From contig CAZLYB010000013.1 of NCBI GenBank assembly GCA_964563795.1, forward strand, positions 3,107 through 67,106: a stretch of DNA of 64,000 bases. The letters are read 5' to 3'. A program made the translations under genes and the position numbers. The notes under the pieces were generated by a model, which saw only the letters and a program-made list of their open reading frames with translations, did not search any database and was not told where the DNA came from. The stretch is from an uncultured Bacteriovoracaceae bacterium. Its GTDB lineage: Bacteria; Bdellovibrionota; UBA1018. Positions 8,719-17,949 of this stretch are shown here, in pieces (the stretch's first letter is position 1; every line of letters begins with the position of its first letter).

Positions 8719-11423
8719 GAACTGAATTGAGTGAGGGTTCCTTGCAACTGACGCTCTTTGCTTCGCAGCTCTTCAAGGCGCGCTTTCTCCTTGGCCACCA
8801 AAGCCTCCGGCGCCTTGGCGATAAAATCCTGGTTTGAAAGCTTCCTCGAAATGAACTCGATGTCAGCTGCGATCTTCTCCATTTCCTTTTTCAGCCGTTT
8901 CTTCTCCTCATCGAGGTTCAGCCACTGCCCGATCGGGATCCGAAGTTCCAAGCCCTGTCCCGTGATGGGAATCGCCACTTCGCCCTTTTTCACGGGATCG
9001 GCGCCGGCGCGCTTGATCTCAAGCCCGGAAATCCTGGCCAAATTCAAGATTAGGGGGCGTTCAGCTTCAAACAGCTTCAGGGACTCCTCGGAGGAGCAAA
9101 AAAGCTGCACTGGGAATTCCTGTTTCGGACTGATGTTGTTCTCCCCTTTGAAATTTCGAACCGCATCCACGGCCGCTTGAAGCGCCGCAATCTCTGACTC
9201 CACACGGGACGCGATCCACTGGGCGTTTCTTTTCGGGAAGGATTGCAGCATGAGCGTTTCGCCCTGCTGGCCGGGAACCCTTTGCCATAGCTCCTCGGTA
9301 ACGAAGGGCATCACGGGATGAGCGAGTTTGAGCAGAGACTCCAAAACATGCGTCATCACCCCCAAAGTGAGGAAAGAAGCCTCATTCTGCTCCTTGAGAT
9401 TCAACTTTGAAAACTCCAAGTACCAATCACAGTACTCGTTCCATGCGAAGCGCTGAATGCCTTGGGTCGCTCGGTTCAATTCAAAGTTCTCAAAGCCGCC
9501 TTCCACTTCCTCCACCGCCACTTGCAAGCGGGATAAGATCCATCGGTCCGGCAGCGAAAGCCGGTCCGCGTTCTTGGAAATAAAACGCTCCCATCCTTCG
9601 GCGGGAATCTTAAATCCGGGTTCTTGAAAATTCTCCCAATGCATGAGGCAGAATTTTGTGGCGTTCCAAATTTTGTTGCAAAAAGCCTTGGTGCCCTCGA
9701 CTCGCTCCACGGAGAGCTTGATGTCACGGCCTTGCCCCGCCATGGAGGCCAGGTGAAAACGGAGCGGATCAGCTCCCAGGCGATCGATGACCTCGAGGGG
9801 ATCGATCACGTTCCCCTTGGTCTTTGACATCTTCTCGCCTTTCTCATCGCGAACCATGGCGTGAAGGTAGACCCGCCTAAAAGGCACCTCGCCCATGAAA
9901 TGCAATCCCATCATGATCATCCGGGCGACCCAGAAAAATAAGATATCGAAACCCGTTTCCAATATGGCGGTCGGATAAAACGTCTGAAGCGCCGCGGTCC
10001 GCTCCGGCCAGCCTAAGGTTGAAAAAGGCCAAAGCGCAGAACTAAACCACGTATCCAGCACATCCTCGTCCTGAACCACCCGGACGCTCGAGCACTGCGA
10101 GCACCGCTGGGGAGTCTCCCTCGAAACGGTGATCCCAGCGCACTCCTCGCAATGCCAGGCGGGAATTTGATGTCCCCACCAAAGCTGCCTTGAAATGCAC
10201 CAATCCCGAATATTCAGCATCCATTCGAAATAGGTTTTGCTCCACGCCTCGGGATGAAAGGTAATCCGGCGTTCGCGTACCGCTTCGATGGCCGGTTTCG
10301 CAAGCGGCTCCATTTGCACGAACCACTGCTTTGAAACCAGGGGTTCCACGATGGAATCGCACCGCTGGCAGAGCCCCACTTGATGGGTATAATCCTCGGA
10401 GCCGATGAGCTCACCGCTCGCCTGAAGCTCGGATAAAATTTTCTCGCGGGCCTCCGAGAATTTCAGGCCGGCGTAAGGCCCTCCTTCTGCCGTGATCTTC
10501 CCATCCTTGCCCATCACGCTGAGGGAAGGGAGTCGGTGCTTTCTGCCAAGCTCATAGTCGTTGAAGTCGTGAGCTGGCGTCACTTTCAGGGCGCCGGTCC
10601 CAAACTCCCGGTCGACGTACGAATCGGCGATGACTGGGATCGGCCGACGGATCACCGGAAGCACGACCTTCTTTCCGACAGCGAATTGATAGCGCTCATC
10701 CTCCGGGTGCACGGCCACCGCCGTATCGCCAAGCAGCGTCTCCGGCCGAGTCGTGGCGATGATCACTTTTTTTTCGGGGTTTTCCTCAAGGGAATAAGCG
10801 ATCTTCCAAAGGGTCGCCTTGCGTTCCGTGGGAATGACTTCCAAATCGGAGAGGGCGGTTTGACAACGGGTGCACCAGTGAATGATCCTCTCGCCCCGAT
10901 AAATGAGGCCCTCCTCATAAAGGCGGACGAATACTTCCCTGACCGCATGAGAAAGCCCCTCATCGAGGGTAAAGCGCTCCCTTTTCCAATCCAGCGAAGA
11001 ACCCAGGCGCTTGAGCTGGGATTGAATGATGCCGCCATGCTTCTCTTTCCATTCCCAAACTTTCTCCACGAAAGCGGATCGTCCCAGCGAATGGCGGGAT
11101 TTTTTCTCCCGCGCGAGCGATTTTTCGACCTGGGCCTGAGTCGCGATTCCCGCATGGTCGGTTCCAGGCAGCCAGAGCGTGTTGTCGCCTTTCATCCTGC
11201 GCCATCGAATAAGGATGTCTTGGATCGTATTCGTGAGCGCGTGACCCATGTGCAAAGCGCCCGTGACGTTGGGAGGGGGAATGACCATGCAGAAGGCGTT
11301 CTGGCCGGGCTGATTGGCGTCATTCGCCTCAAAATACCCGTTTTTCTCCCAATAGGAGTACAGGAGGGATTCAAAAGCTGCGGGCTCATAAGTTTTAGTA
11401 AGGGGATTTGGATTTGGCTTCAT
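8715..11423 (-). CDS. valS: Valyl-tRNA synthetase
   Basis: HIGH-region PPPNVTGALHMGHA, KMSKS motif KMSKTKGN, a length of 902 aa and a C-terminal coiled-coil domain. Confidence 0.95.
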   Translation of the reverse strand: MKPNPNPLTKTYEPAAFESLLYSYWEKNGYFEANDANQPGQNAFCMVIPPPNVTGALHMGHALTNTIQDILIRWRRMKGDNTLWLPGTDHAGIATQAQVEKSLAREKKSRHSLGRSAFVEKVWEWKEKHGGIIQSQLKRLGSSLDWKRERFTLDEGLSHAVREVFVRLYEEGLIYRGERIIHWCTRCQTALSDLEVIPTERKATLWKIAYSLEENPEKKVIIATTRPETLLGDTAVAVHPEDERYQFAVGKKVVLPVIRRPIPVIADSYVDREFGTGALKVTPAHDFNDYELGRKHRLPSLSVMGKDGKITAEGGPYAGLKFSEAREKILSELQASGELIGSEDYTHQVGLCQRCDSIVEPLVSKQWFVQMEPLAKPAIEAVRERRITFHPEAWSKTYFEWMLNIRDWCISRQLWWGHQIPAWHCEECAGITVSRETPQRCSQCSSVRVVQDEDVLDTWFSSALWPFSTLGWPERTAALQTFYPTAILETGFDILFFWVARMIMMGLHFMGEVPFRRVYLHAMVRDEKGEKMSKTKGNVIDPLEVIDRLGADPLRFHLASMAGQGRDIKLSVERVEGTKAFCNKIWNATKFCLMHWENFQEPGFKIPAEGWERFISKNADRLSLPDRWILSRLQVAVEEVEGGFENFELNRATQGIQRFAWNEYCDWYLEFSKLNLKEQNEASFLTLGVMTHVLESLLKLAHPVMPFVTEELWQRVPGQQGETLMLQSFPKRNAQWIASRVESEIAALQAAVDAVRNFKGENNISPKQEFPVQLFCSSEESLKLFEAERPLILNLARISGLEIKRAGADPVKKGEVAIPITGQGLELRIPIGQWLNLDEEKKRLKKEMEKIAADIEFISRKLSNQDFIAKAPEALVAKEKARLEELRSKERQLQGTLTQFSS

Positions 11424-11433
11424 GAGTTCTTCT

Positions 11434-12435
11434 CTAAGCTTTCTTTTCTTCGCGGAGTCTTTTTTCCCAGTTCAACGCGCTTTCGCAGATCAATTTGAGG
11501 TCCGCGTAACGAGGTTCCCATCCCAGCAAATCCCGAATTTTCCTGTTATCAGCGATCAACTGGGCGGAATCGCCCGGACGGCGGGGCGCTTCCCGAACCG
11601 GAAATGAAACTCCGCTCACTTCTTGAACCGTTCGGATCACTTGCCGGACGCTAAATCCCTCGCCATAGCCGCAATTGAAAATCCCGGGATTCCCTCCCCG
11701 ATCGAGATAATTCAAAGCATCCAAATGGGCTCGAGCCAAATCTTCAACGTGAATGTAATCCCGAATCCCCGTCCCATCCGGGGTGGGATAATCAGTCCCG
11801 TAAATCTCCACGCGCGGCCGCAATCCGAGCGCTGCCTGGCAGGCGACTCGAATCAAATGAGTCGCGACCTCCCCCGACTGCCCCAATCTCCCGTCAAAAC
11901 TCGCTCCTGCCACGTTGAAATACCTCAAACTCAATCCCTTGAAATGACTTCCCTGGATGCTTTCGGTGACCGAGCGAAGCATCCATTCCGTCATGAGCTT
12001 TGAGGCGCCATAGGGATTGAGGGGCTGCACCGGGGCGGATTCAGGGATCAGAACCGACTGAGGATGCCCATACACCGCGGCGGTCGATGAAAAAACGAAC
12101 GAACGCACTTTTTTTGCCCGTGCGCACTCGGCGATCAAAGTTTGAGAGGCCACGGTGTTGTTCTTGAAATACTTCAAGGGATCAACGACCGACTCATCCA
12201 CCCGGATGGATCCGGCGAAGTGAATCACGCTTTCAATCTCATGGTCTTCCAGCGCCTGACGAACCAGGGCGGCATTCCCTACGTCACCCTCGATCCACTG
12301 CGTTCTCGGATCAATCGACGCGCGCCTCCCCGTGCTCAGGTCATCCATCACGAGCACGGAATAACCGGCATCCAAGAGCTGTCGGGAAGTATGGGAGCCA
12401 ATGTAGCCCGCGCCCCCGGTCACTAAAATCTTCAT
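11434..12435 (-). CDS. galE: UDP-glucose 4-epimerase
   Basis: N-terminal MKILVTGGAGYIGSHT, a YxxxK active-site region (YGASK) and a length of 333 aa. Confidence 0.85.
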   Translation of the reverse strand: MKILVTGGAGYIGSHTSRQLLDAGYSVLVMDDLSTGRRASIDPRTQWIEGDVGNAALVRQALEDHEIESVIHFAGSIRVDESVVDPLKYFKNNTVASQTLIAECARAKKVRSFVFSSTAAVYGHPQSVLIPESAPVQPLNPYGASKLMTEWMLRSVTESIQGSHFKGLSLRYFNVAGASFDGRLGQSGEVATHLIRVACQAALGLRPRVEIYGTDYPTPDGTGIRDYIHVEDLARAHLDALNYLDRGGNPGIFNCGYGEGFSVRQVIRTVQEVSGVSFPVREAPRRPGDSAQLIADNRKIRDLLGWEPRYADLKLICESALNWEKRLREEKKA

Positions 12436-12489
12436 GCCACCGTTCTACACTCCATTGAACTCTGGGGTCAAATCAAGTACTTCCAAGGC

Positions 12490-13377
12490 ATGAAGGGCAT
12501 TCTTCTCGCAGGCGGAAGTGGAAGCAGGCTTCACCCCTTGACTCAAACCGTGAGCAAGCAATTGCTCCCGGTCTACGACAAGCCCGTTCTCTACTATCCC
12601 CTGTCGGCTCTAATGCAAGCGGGGATTCGGGAAATTTTGATCATCAGCACCCCCCGCGATTTGCCGAAAATTCAGGAATTGCTCGGTGATGGGTCGAACT
12701 TGGGCGTGAACCTCTCTTATCTCCCGCAGCCCAAACCCAATGGGATTGCACAGGCCTTGATCTTAGGGGAGGCGTTCCTCAATCATCAGCCCAGCTGCCT
12801 GATCTTGGGAGATAACATCTTTTACGGCCAGAACCTCCCTGCGCAATTGGAGCGCTCGGCTCAATTGACCAATGGCGCTCAAATCTACGCTTACCAAGTG
12901 CAGGATCCCGAGCGCTATGGAGTGCTCGTTTTTTCCGCGGAGGGCAAGCCCTCGAGCATCATCGAAAAGCCCAATCCCGCGCCTTCTCCGTGGGCGGTGA
13001 CCGGACTTTACTTTTACGACCAAAACGCCCCCCGTTACGCAAAAACCCTCGCCCCTTCCGCCCGGGGTGAGCTTGAGATTTCGGACCTGAATCGGATCTA
13101 TCTTGAGAAAGGCCAGCTCGAGGCGCACCGGCTCAGCGTAGGGACGGCCTGGCTGGACTGCGGAACTTTTGACTCCCTTCTCAGCGCATCCCTCTTCGTT
13201 CAAACGCTTGAGCAAAGGCAAGGATTGAAAGTCGCTTGCCTCGAAGAAATCGCATGGACCCGGGGCTGGATTTCCTCTCATCAGCTGGGAAAGACCGCTG
13301 AATCCTATGGCAACAGCCCTTACGGGCTCTATTTGCAAAAACTGCTTCGCTCCCATCTCGCCGCGGAGAAAAAGTGA
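12490..13377 (+). CDS. rfbA: Glucose-1-phosphate thymidylyltransferase
   Basis: MKGILLAGGSGSRLHPLT...KQLLPVYDKPVLYYPLS matches RmlA. The protein is 295 aa. Confidence 0.9.
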   Translation: MKGILLAGGSGSRLHPLTQTVSKQLLPVYDKPVLYYPLSALMQAGIREILIISTPRDLPKIQELLGDGSNLGVNLSYLPQPKPNGIAQALILGEAFLNHQPSCLILGDNIFYGQNLPAQLERSAQLTNGAQIYAYQVQDPERYGVLVFSAEGKPSSIIEKPNPAPSPWAVTGLYFYDQNAPRYAKTLAPSARGELEISDLNRIYLEKGQLEAHRLSVGTAWLDCGTFDSLLSASLFVQTLEQRQGLKVACLEEIAWTRGWISSHQLGKTAESYGNSPYGLYLQKLLRSHLAAEKK

Positions 13378-14264
13378 TCCTCATTTTTGGTTCGACGGGG
13401 CAGGTCGGCCACGAATTGAAAAAGCAGCTCGGTTCAAAAGCCATTTGCCCGGACCGGCATGAAAGCGACTTTTCAAAGCCCGATCAGATCCACTCCCTTT
13501 TAAAACAGATCCGCCCGACCCAAATCTACAACGCGTCCGCTTACACGGATGTTGACGGCGCGGAGCGGGATGCCCTCGCGGCTCAAACGATCAACGCGGA
13601 AACCCCACGTCTCATCGCCCGATGGTGCAGCGAGAATGAGGTTCCTTGGATCCATTATTCGACGGATTACGTATTTTCTGGAACCCCTCCCTCGTCCCGA
13701 GGCTGGAGCGAGGACGATGCGCCCGCTCCTCTCGGAGTTTACGGAGCGACCAAGCTCGAAGGCGAGCGGGCGATTCAGGCGATCCCCTCCTCCAAGGCCC
13801 TCATTTTTCGGACTTCCTGGGTTTATTCCGACATTCGGAAAAACTTCATCAAAACGCTGCTCCATTTAGCTCAACAAAAAAAAACGATCCCCATCGTTAC
13901 GGACCAAAAGGGGGCTCCCACTTACGCTGAGGACTTGGCGCGCTGCTCAATTCAGGCCATGGAGCAAGCGGCTCAAATGCCCGCCTTCCCTTCCGGGATT
14001 TATCACCTCTGCCATGGCGGCGCGGTCAGCCGATTCGAATGGGCGGCCTTTTTTTTTGAGTCTCTTCAAGCCGCTCAACCCAGCTTCATCAAACCCGAAC
14101 TCAAACCCATTCTCACCGCTCAGTTCCGGGAGCAGTTTCCCCTCGCGGCACAACGCCCGCTGGATAGCCGACTCTCCATGGATAAAATTCAAAGGACTTT
14201 GGGAGTGCAAATGCCCCCGTGGGAGGAAGGAATGAAAAAATTGCTGAGGAAACTCGTATCATGA
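13374..14264 (+). CDS. rfbD: dTDP-4-dehydrorhamnose reductase
   Basis: MILIFGSTGQVGHEL gives the Rossmann start typical of RmlD, and the YSTDYVF segment is present. The gene overlaps the rmlA stop. Confidence 0.8.
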   Translation: MILIFGSTGQVGHELKKQLGSKAICPDRHESDFSKPDQIHSLLKQIRPTQIYNASAYTDVDGAERDALAAQTINAETPRLIARWCSENEVPWIHYSTDYVFSGTPPSSRGWSEDDAPAPLGVYGATKLEGERAIQAIPSSKALIFRTSWVYSDIRKNFIKTLLHLAQQKKTIPIVTDQKGAPTYAEDLARCSIQAMEQAAQMPAFPSGIYHLCHGGAVSRFEWAAFFFESLQAAQPSFIKPELKPILTAQFREQFPLAAQRPLDSRLSMDKIQRTLGVQMPPWEEGMKKLLRKLVS

Positions 14265-14851
14265 AGCTCGTGAGCACCGGATTTGAGGGATTATCCGTCG
14301 TGGAATTGGATCGCTATGAGGACGAGCGCGGATCCTTCATGGAGCGATTCCAGGAGAAGCATTTTCAAGCGATGGGGCTTCCCTCGCATTTTCCCCAGGA
14401 CAACCATTCACGCTCGATGCCGGGAGTCCTTCGAGGGTTGCACTTTCAGCATACCCCGCCCCAGCAAAAACTGGTGGGAGTGATTCAGGGGCGCATTCTC
14501 GATGTCGTGGTTGACCTCAGACCCTCTTCCTCGACCTTCCTCAAATCTTTTCAGATTGAACTGGGGGATCAGCGGCCGCAGCTGCTCTGGGTCCCTCAAG
14601 GTTTCGCGCATGGATTCGCAGTTCTAGGGGATCAGCCCGCCGATGTTTATTACAAAGTGGATAAAATTTATCATCCGCAAGGTGAAACGGGGGTATTTTG
14701 GGCTGATCCGGGCCTCGAAATTCCGTGGAAGAAGTGGGGGATCACTTCGCCCCGAGTTTCCGACAGGGACTCCAAGCTCCCCCGGCTGAGTGAAGTCCTG
14801 AAATGGGTGGAAAAAAACCCAAAACTTTGGGACATCTCTCCTCAGTCATGA
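14261..14851 (+). CDS. rfbC: dTDP-4-dehydrorhamnose 3,5-epimerase
   Basis: An RGLHFQ motif and cupin fold. I place the start at the ATG at 14261, which overlaps the rmlD stop; the tracked ORF starts 42 nt earlier inside rmlD. Confidence 0.8.
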   Translation: MKLVSTGFEGLSVVELDRYEDERGSFMERFQEKHFQAMGLPSHFPQDNHSRSMPGVLRGLHFQHTPPQQKLVGVIQGRILDVVVDLRPSSSTFLKSFQIELGDQRPQLLWVPQGFAHGFAVLGDQPADVYYKVDKIYHPQGETGVFWADPGLEIPWKKWGITSPRVSDRDSKLPRLSEVLKWVEKNPKLWDISPQS

Positions 14852-15588
14852 AGCGACTTTCCCTCATCGTCCCCGTTTACAACGAAGAAGCCCAGCTCGC
14901 TCGCGTCATCGAGCGTCTCATGCAAGTGGATTTACCGGTCGAGCGCGAATGGATTTTCGTCGATGATTGCTCGAAAGACCGAAGCCTTGAAATTCTGAAG
15001 GAATGCGCCAAGCGATGGCCCTTTCAGATCATCGAGCAAACCAAGAATCAAGGCAAAGGCGCGGCGATCATCAGGGGCATTGGCCAAGCCCGGGGCGATT
15101 ATATCCTCATTCAGGACGCTGATTTCGAATACAGCCCGGAGGATATCCCGCAATTGCTGGAGCCTCTTTTGTCCGGAAAAGCGGATGTCGTCTATGGGAG
15201 CCGATTCAAGAAGAACGCGGCCCAGGTTCATCGAACCTATCATTACTTCGTCAATCGGTTTCTCACGATGCTCAGCAATCTTTTCTCCGGAATTTATCTG
15301 ACGGATATGGAAACTTGTTACAAAGTTTTCGATGCGCGGCTCCTGAAATCCATGAAGCTTCGCTCCAGGCGCTTTGGGATCGAAGTGGAACTCACCGCCT
15401 ACCTCGCGAAAAGCCGGGCGCGTATTTATGAATTGCCCATCAGCTACTTCCCGCGCACCCGCCTTCAGGGCAAGAAGATCAATTGGAAAGACGGCGTAGC
15501 CGCGCTTTTTCATCTCGTTTACTTCAATTACTTCGTCTCCGACGAAAAGGCTTTCCACGATCTGAAGAAAGACGCCCCGCATGCCTAA
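14848..15588 (+). CDS. Family-2 glycosyltransferase (DPM1-like)
   Basis: LSLIVPVYNEE, DDCSKD and QDADFEY (DxD) motifs. The start is moved to the ATG at 14848, which overlaps the rmlC stop. Confidence 0.75.
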   Translation: MKRLSLIVPVYNEEAQLARVIERLMQVDLPVEREWIFVDDCSKDRSLEILKECAKRWPFQIIEQTKNQGKGAAIIRGIGQARGDYILIQDADFEYSPEDIPQLLEPLLSGKADVVYGSRFKKNAAQVHRTYHYFVNRFLTMLSNLFSGIYLTDMETCYKVFDARLLKSMKLRSRRFGIEVELTAYLAKSRARIYELPISYFPRTRLQGKKINWKDGVAALFHLVYFNYFVSDEKAFHDLKKDAPHA

Positions 15589-16609
15589 CGTGCTCTTGAC
15601 GGGAGGAGCGGGCTTCATCGGAAGCAGCTTGCTCCGCCGCTTAGTCGGGCGCGGGGACCGCGTGATCATTCTCGATGCGCTGACCTACGCAGGTCACCGC
15701 GAAAATCTGGAAAATATCTCGGGACCAGGGACTTGGGAGCTCGTTGAGGGCGATATCCGCCAAGGGGAGCTGACCTCGCGCCTTCTGCGGGAGCATCGCA
15801 TCGAAAGCGTCATCCATTGCGCCGCGGAATCCCATGTGGACCGATCCATTGGATCGCCCGTGAATTTTTTGGAAACCAACGTGATGGGCACTTACCAGAT
15901 GCTCCAATCCGCTCTCACGCATTGGAAATCGCTTCCCGCCTCTTCGCGAGGAGCATTCCGTTATTTGCAGATCTCAACGGACGAAGTTTTTGGCTCACTC
16001 GGCGAGGATGGCTTCTTCAATGAAGAAAGTCCCTATCGCCCTAATTCCCCCTACTCCGCCACGAAGGCCGCGGCGGATCACTTGGCTCGAGCCTGGCACT
16101 CCACTTATGGCCTCCCGGTCATCACCACTTACTGCACGAATAACTACGGCCCTCGGCAAAATCCCGAAAAACTGATCCCCCATATGATCACCCAAGCCCT
16201 CTCCCATCGCGAACTTCCCGTCTATGGCGATGGCAGGCAAGTCCGTGATTGGATTCACGTGGAGGATCACTGCGACGGCATTCTGCTGGCGTTGGATCGC
16301 GGAGCCATCGGGGGCACTTATGGCTTCGGGGGGCGGGCGGAGATGGATAATCTCTCGCTCGTTCAGCGCATTTGCCGAAGCCTTGATCGGCAAAAGGCCC
16401 GCGCTGACTCCAAGCCGCATGAATCCTCCATCCGCATGGTGGAAGACCGCCTGGGGCACGACCGAAGATACGCCATTGATGACTCCAAGGCCGAAAAAGA
16501 ACTCGGCTTCAAAAGAAACTACGATTTTGAGTCGGGTCTCGAAAAAACGATCCAATGGTACCTTGAAAATCAGCAGTGGTGCCGTATGATCTTAAATAAG
16601 AGAAAATGA
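15581..16609 (+). CDS. rfbB: dTDP-glucose 4,6-dehydratase
   Basis: MPNVLLTGGAGFIGSSL, YSATKAA (YxxxK) and a length of 342 aa. Confidence 0.9.
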   Translation: MPNVLLTGGAGFIGSSLLRRLVGRGDRVIILDALTYAGHRENLENISGPGTWELVEGDIRQGELTSRLLREHRIESVIHCAAESHVDRSIGSPVNFLETNVMGTYQMLQSALTHWKSLPASSRGAFRYLQISTDEVFGSLGEDGFFNEESPYRPNSPYSATKAAADHLARAWHSTYGLPVITTYCTNNYGPRQNPEKLIPHMITQALSHRELPVYGDGRQVRDWIHVEDHCDGILLALDRGAIGGTYGFGGRAEMDNLSLVQRICRSLDRQKARADSKPHESSIRMVEDRLGHDRRYAIDDSKAEKELGFKRNYDFESGLEKTIQWYLENQQWCRMILNKRK

Positions 16610-17949
16610 TTCGATCTCGCGCGCCTTTGATCTTATTGCTGCTGCTTTTCCTGAATGGTTGTTCGACGGCGCGCAAGCGCGCCCAAGAGGCCCTTGAGAA
16701 CAATCAATACCAACAGGCCATCGATCAATACGAAGTCCTGTTGAAATCCGATCCCAATGACGCTGAATTACGACTGGGTTTGCAGCAAGCCCGTGAAGGA
16801 TGGATTGACCAGCGTCTGATCGAAGTCAGGCGCGCTCGAATGGCGAGCAACTTGGAGCAGGCCCTCGATTTGCTGCTCGAAGCCTTCCAACGCCAAAACG
16901 CCTGGTCTTTGACCGCTGGCGGAAAAGTGGGATTCACGCAAACCGAGGAAGTCGAATTCGCTTGGGCTTTCGCGCGCAAGGCGGCTCAAGAAGCGCTCGC
17001 CCAGCAGCGCCCCCTAAGGGCCGAGTATTTTTTGAAGCATTACCGAATTTTGTTTGAGGAGCGATTCTCGGCGACCTATGCACCCTTGGCCCAGAAAACG
17101 TTTCAACAAGGCAAACAGAGCTGTAAAACCTTTGCGAAGTCGGTTCCTCCCGGAAAGTTTTACCTTTCTCAGTTCGCCTCCCAACATTGCCGTTATTGGG
17201 GTGAAAGCGGCCTTTCGACCGCGCGCGCGGCGGCTGACCCGGACATCGCCCCCTCTTTTCAGCGGATGCAATGGAACGCTTCGATCGTGAGCCTTTCGCC
17301 CGAACGCCTCGGCGGCTTCACGCAAGCGCTTTTTGATCGATTCAAAAAGACCGCTTGGTACAATCCTCAGTCGCAGGCTGCTCTTCCCGCAAAATTAACG
17401 GGACGCTATTTGGAGCGATTGACGCGCGAACCGCGCCTCCAAAATCATCGTTACTGGGTCAGGGAGCAAGTGAATCAAAAAGAATTCAAGAGCGTCGAAA
17501 AAACGTTCACCTACTGGGCCCAGCAAGTCAATCAAACCCTCGAGCTGGAGCTCCTCTTGGAGCTGGAGCTGGGCTCTCAGCCGCTTTCAATCACTTTAAG
17601 CGAGAAATCCGAAACGGGCGGAATGGAGCATCAAGAAAACCACCCTAAACTGGAGCTTTACCCCTCGCGAGCCCAGCTTCAGGAGATCGGTCCTTGGTTC
17701 AATTCTCAGTCAGAGGGTTTTTCCAAAAAATTCGAGGATCAGCTCATCCAAATCTGGAAGGACCGCTACTGCCGCGACGACGCGTCAAACGCTTCAGGGG
17801 ACCCGAACCTCCCCTCTGCTCAGGGGAACCGGGTTCTGCGCTGCATACAGCAACCGCTGCCTCAATACCCCGCCTTTGTGGAAAACTGGCATCGACAGCA
17901 TTTTGGGCTGAGCTGCCTACAGGCCTTGAGCCTGCTTGACCCCCATTGA
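16606..17949 (+). CDS. Hypothetical lipoprotein (447 aa)
   Basis: Signal peptide with lipobox LLFLNGC and a helical, TPR/coiled-coil-like composition. The start overlaps the rmlB stop (ATGA). Confidence 0.45.
   Translation: MIRSRAPLILLLLLFLNGCSTARKRAQEALENNQYQQAIDQYEVLLKSDPNDAELRLGLQQAREGWIDQRLIEVRRARMASNLEQALDLLLEAFQRQNAWSLTAGGKVGFTQTEEVEFAWAFARKAAQEALAQQRPLRAEYFLKHYRILFEERFSATYAPLAQKTFQQGKQSCKTFAKSVPPGKFYLSQFASQHCRYWGESGLSTARAAADPDIAPSFQRMQWNASIVSLSPERLGGFTQALFDRFKKTAWYNPQSQAALPAKLTGRYLERLTREPRLQNHRYWVREQVNQKEFKSVEKTFTYWAQQVNQTLELELLLELELGSQPLSITLSEKSETGGMEHQENHPKLELYPSRAQLQEIGPWFNSQSEGFSKKFEDQLIQIWKDRYCRDDASNASGDPNLPSAQGNRVLRCIQQPLPQYPAFVENWHRQHFGLSCLQALSLLDPH

Noticed and set aside
10536-11498. 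320-aa plus-strand ORF antisense to valS
   Set aside because: It is a shadow ORF inside a highly conserved aminoacyl-tRNA synthetase gene.
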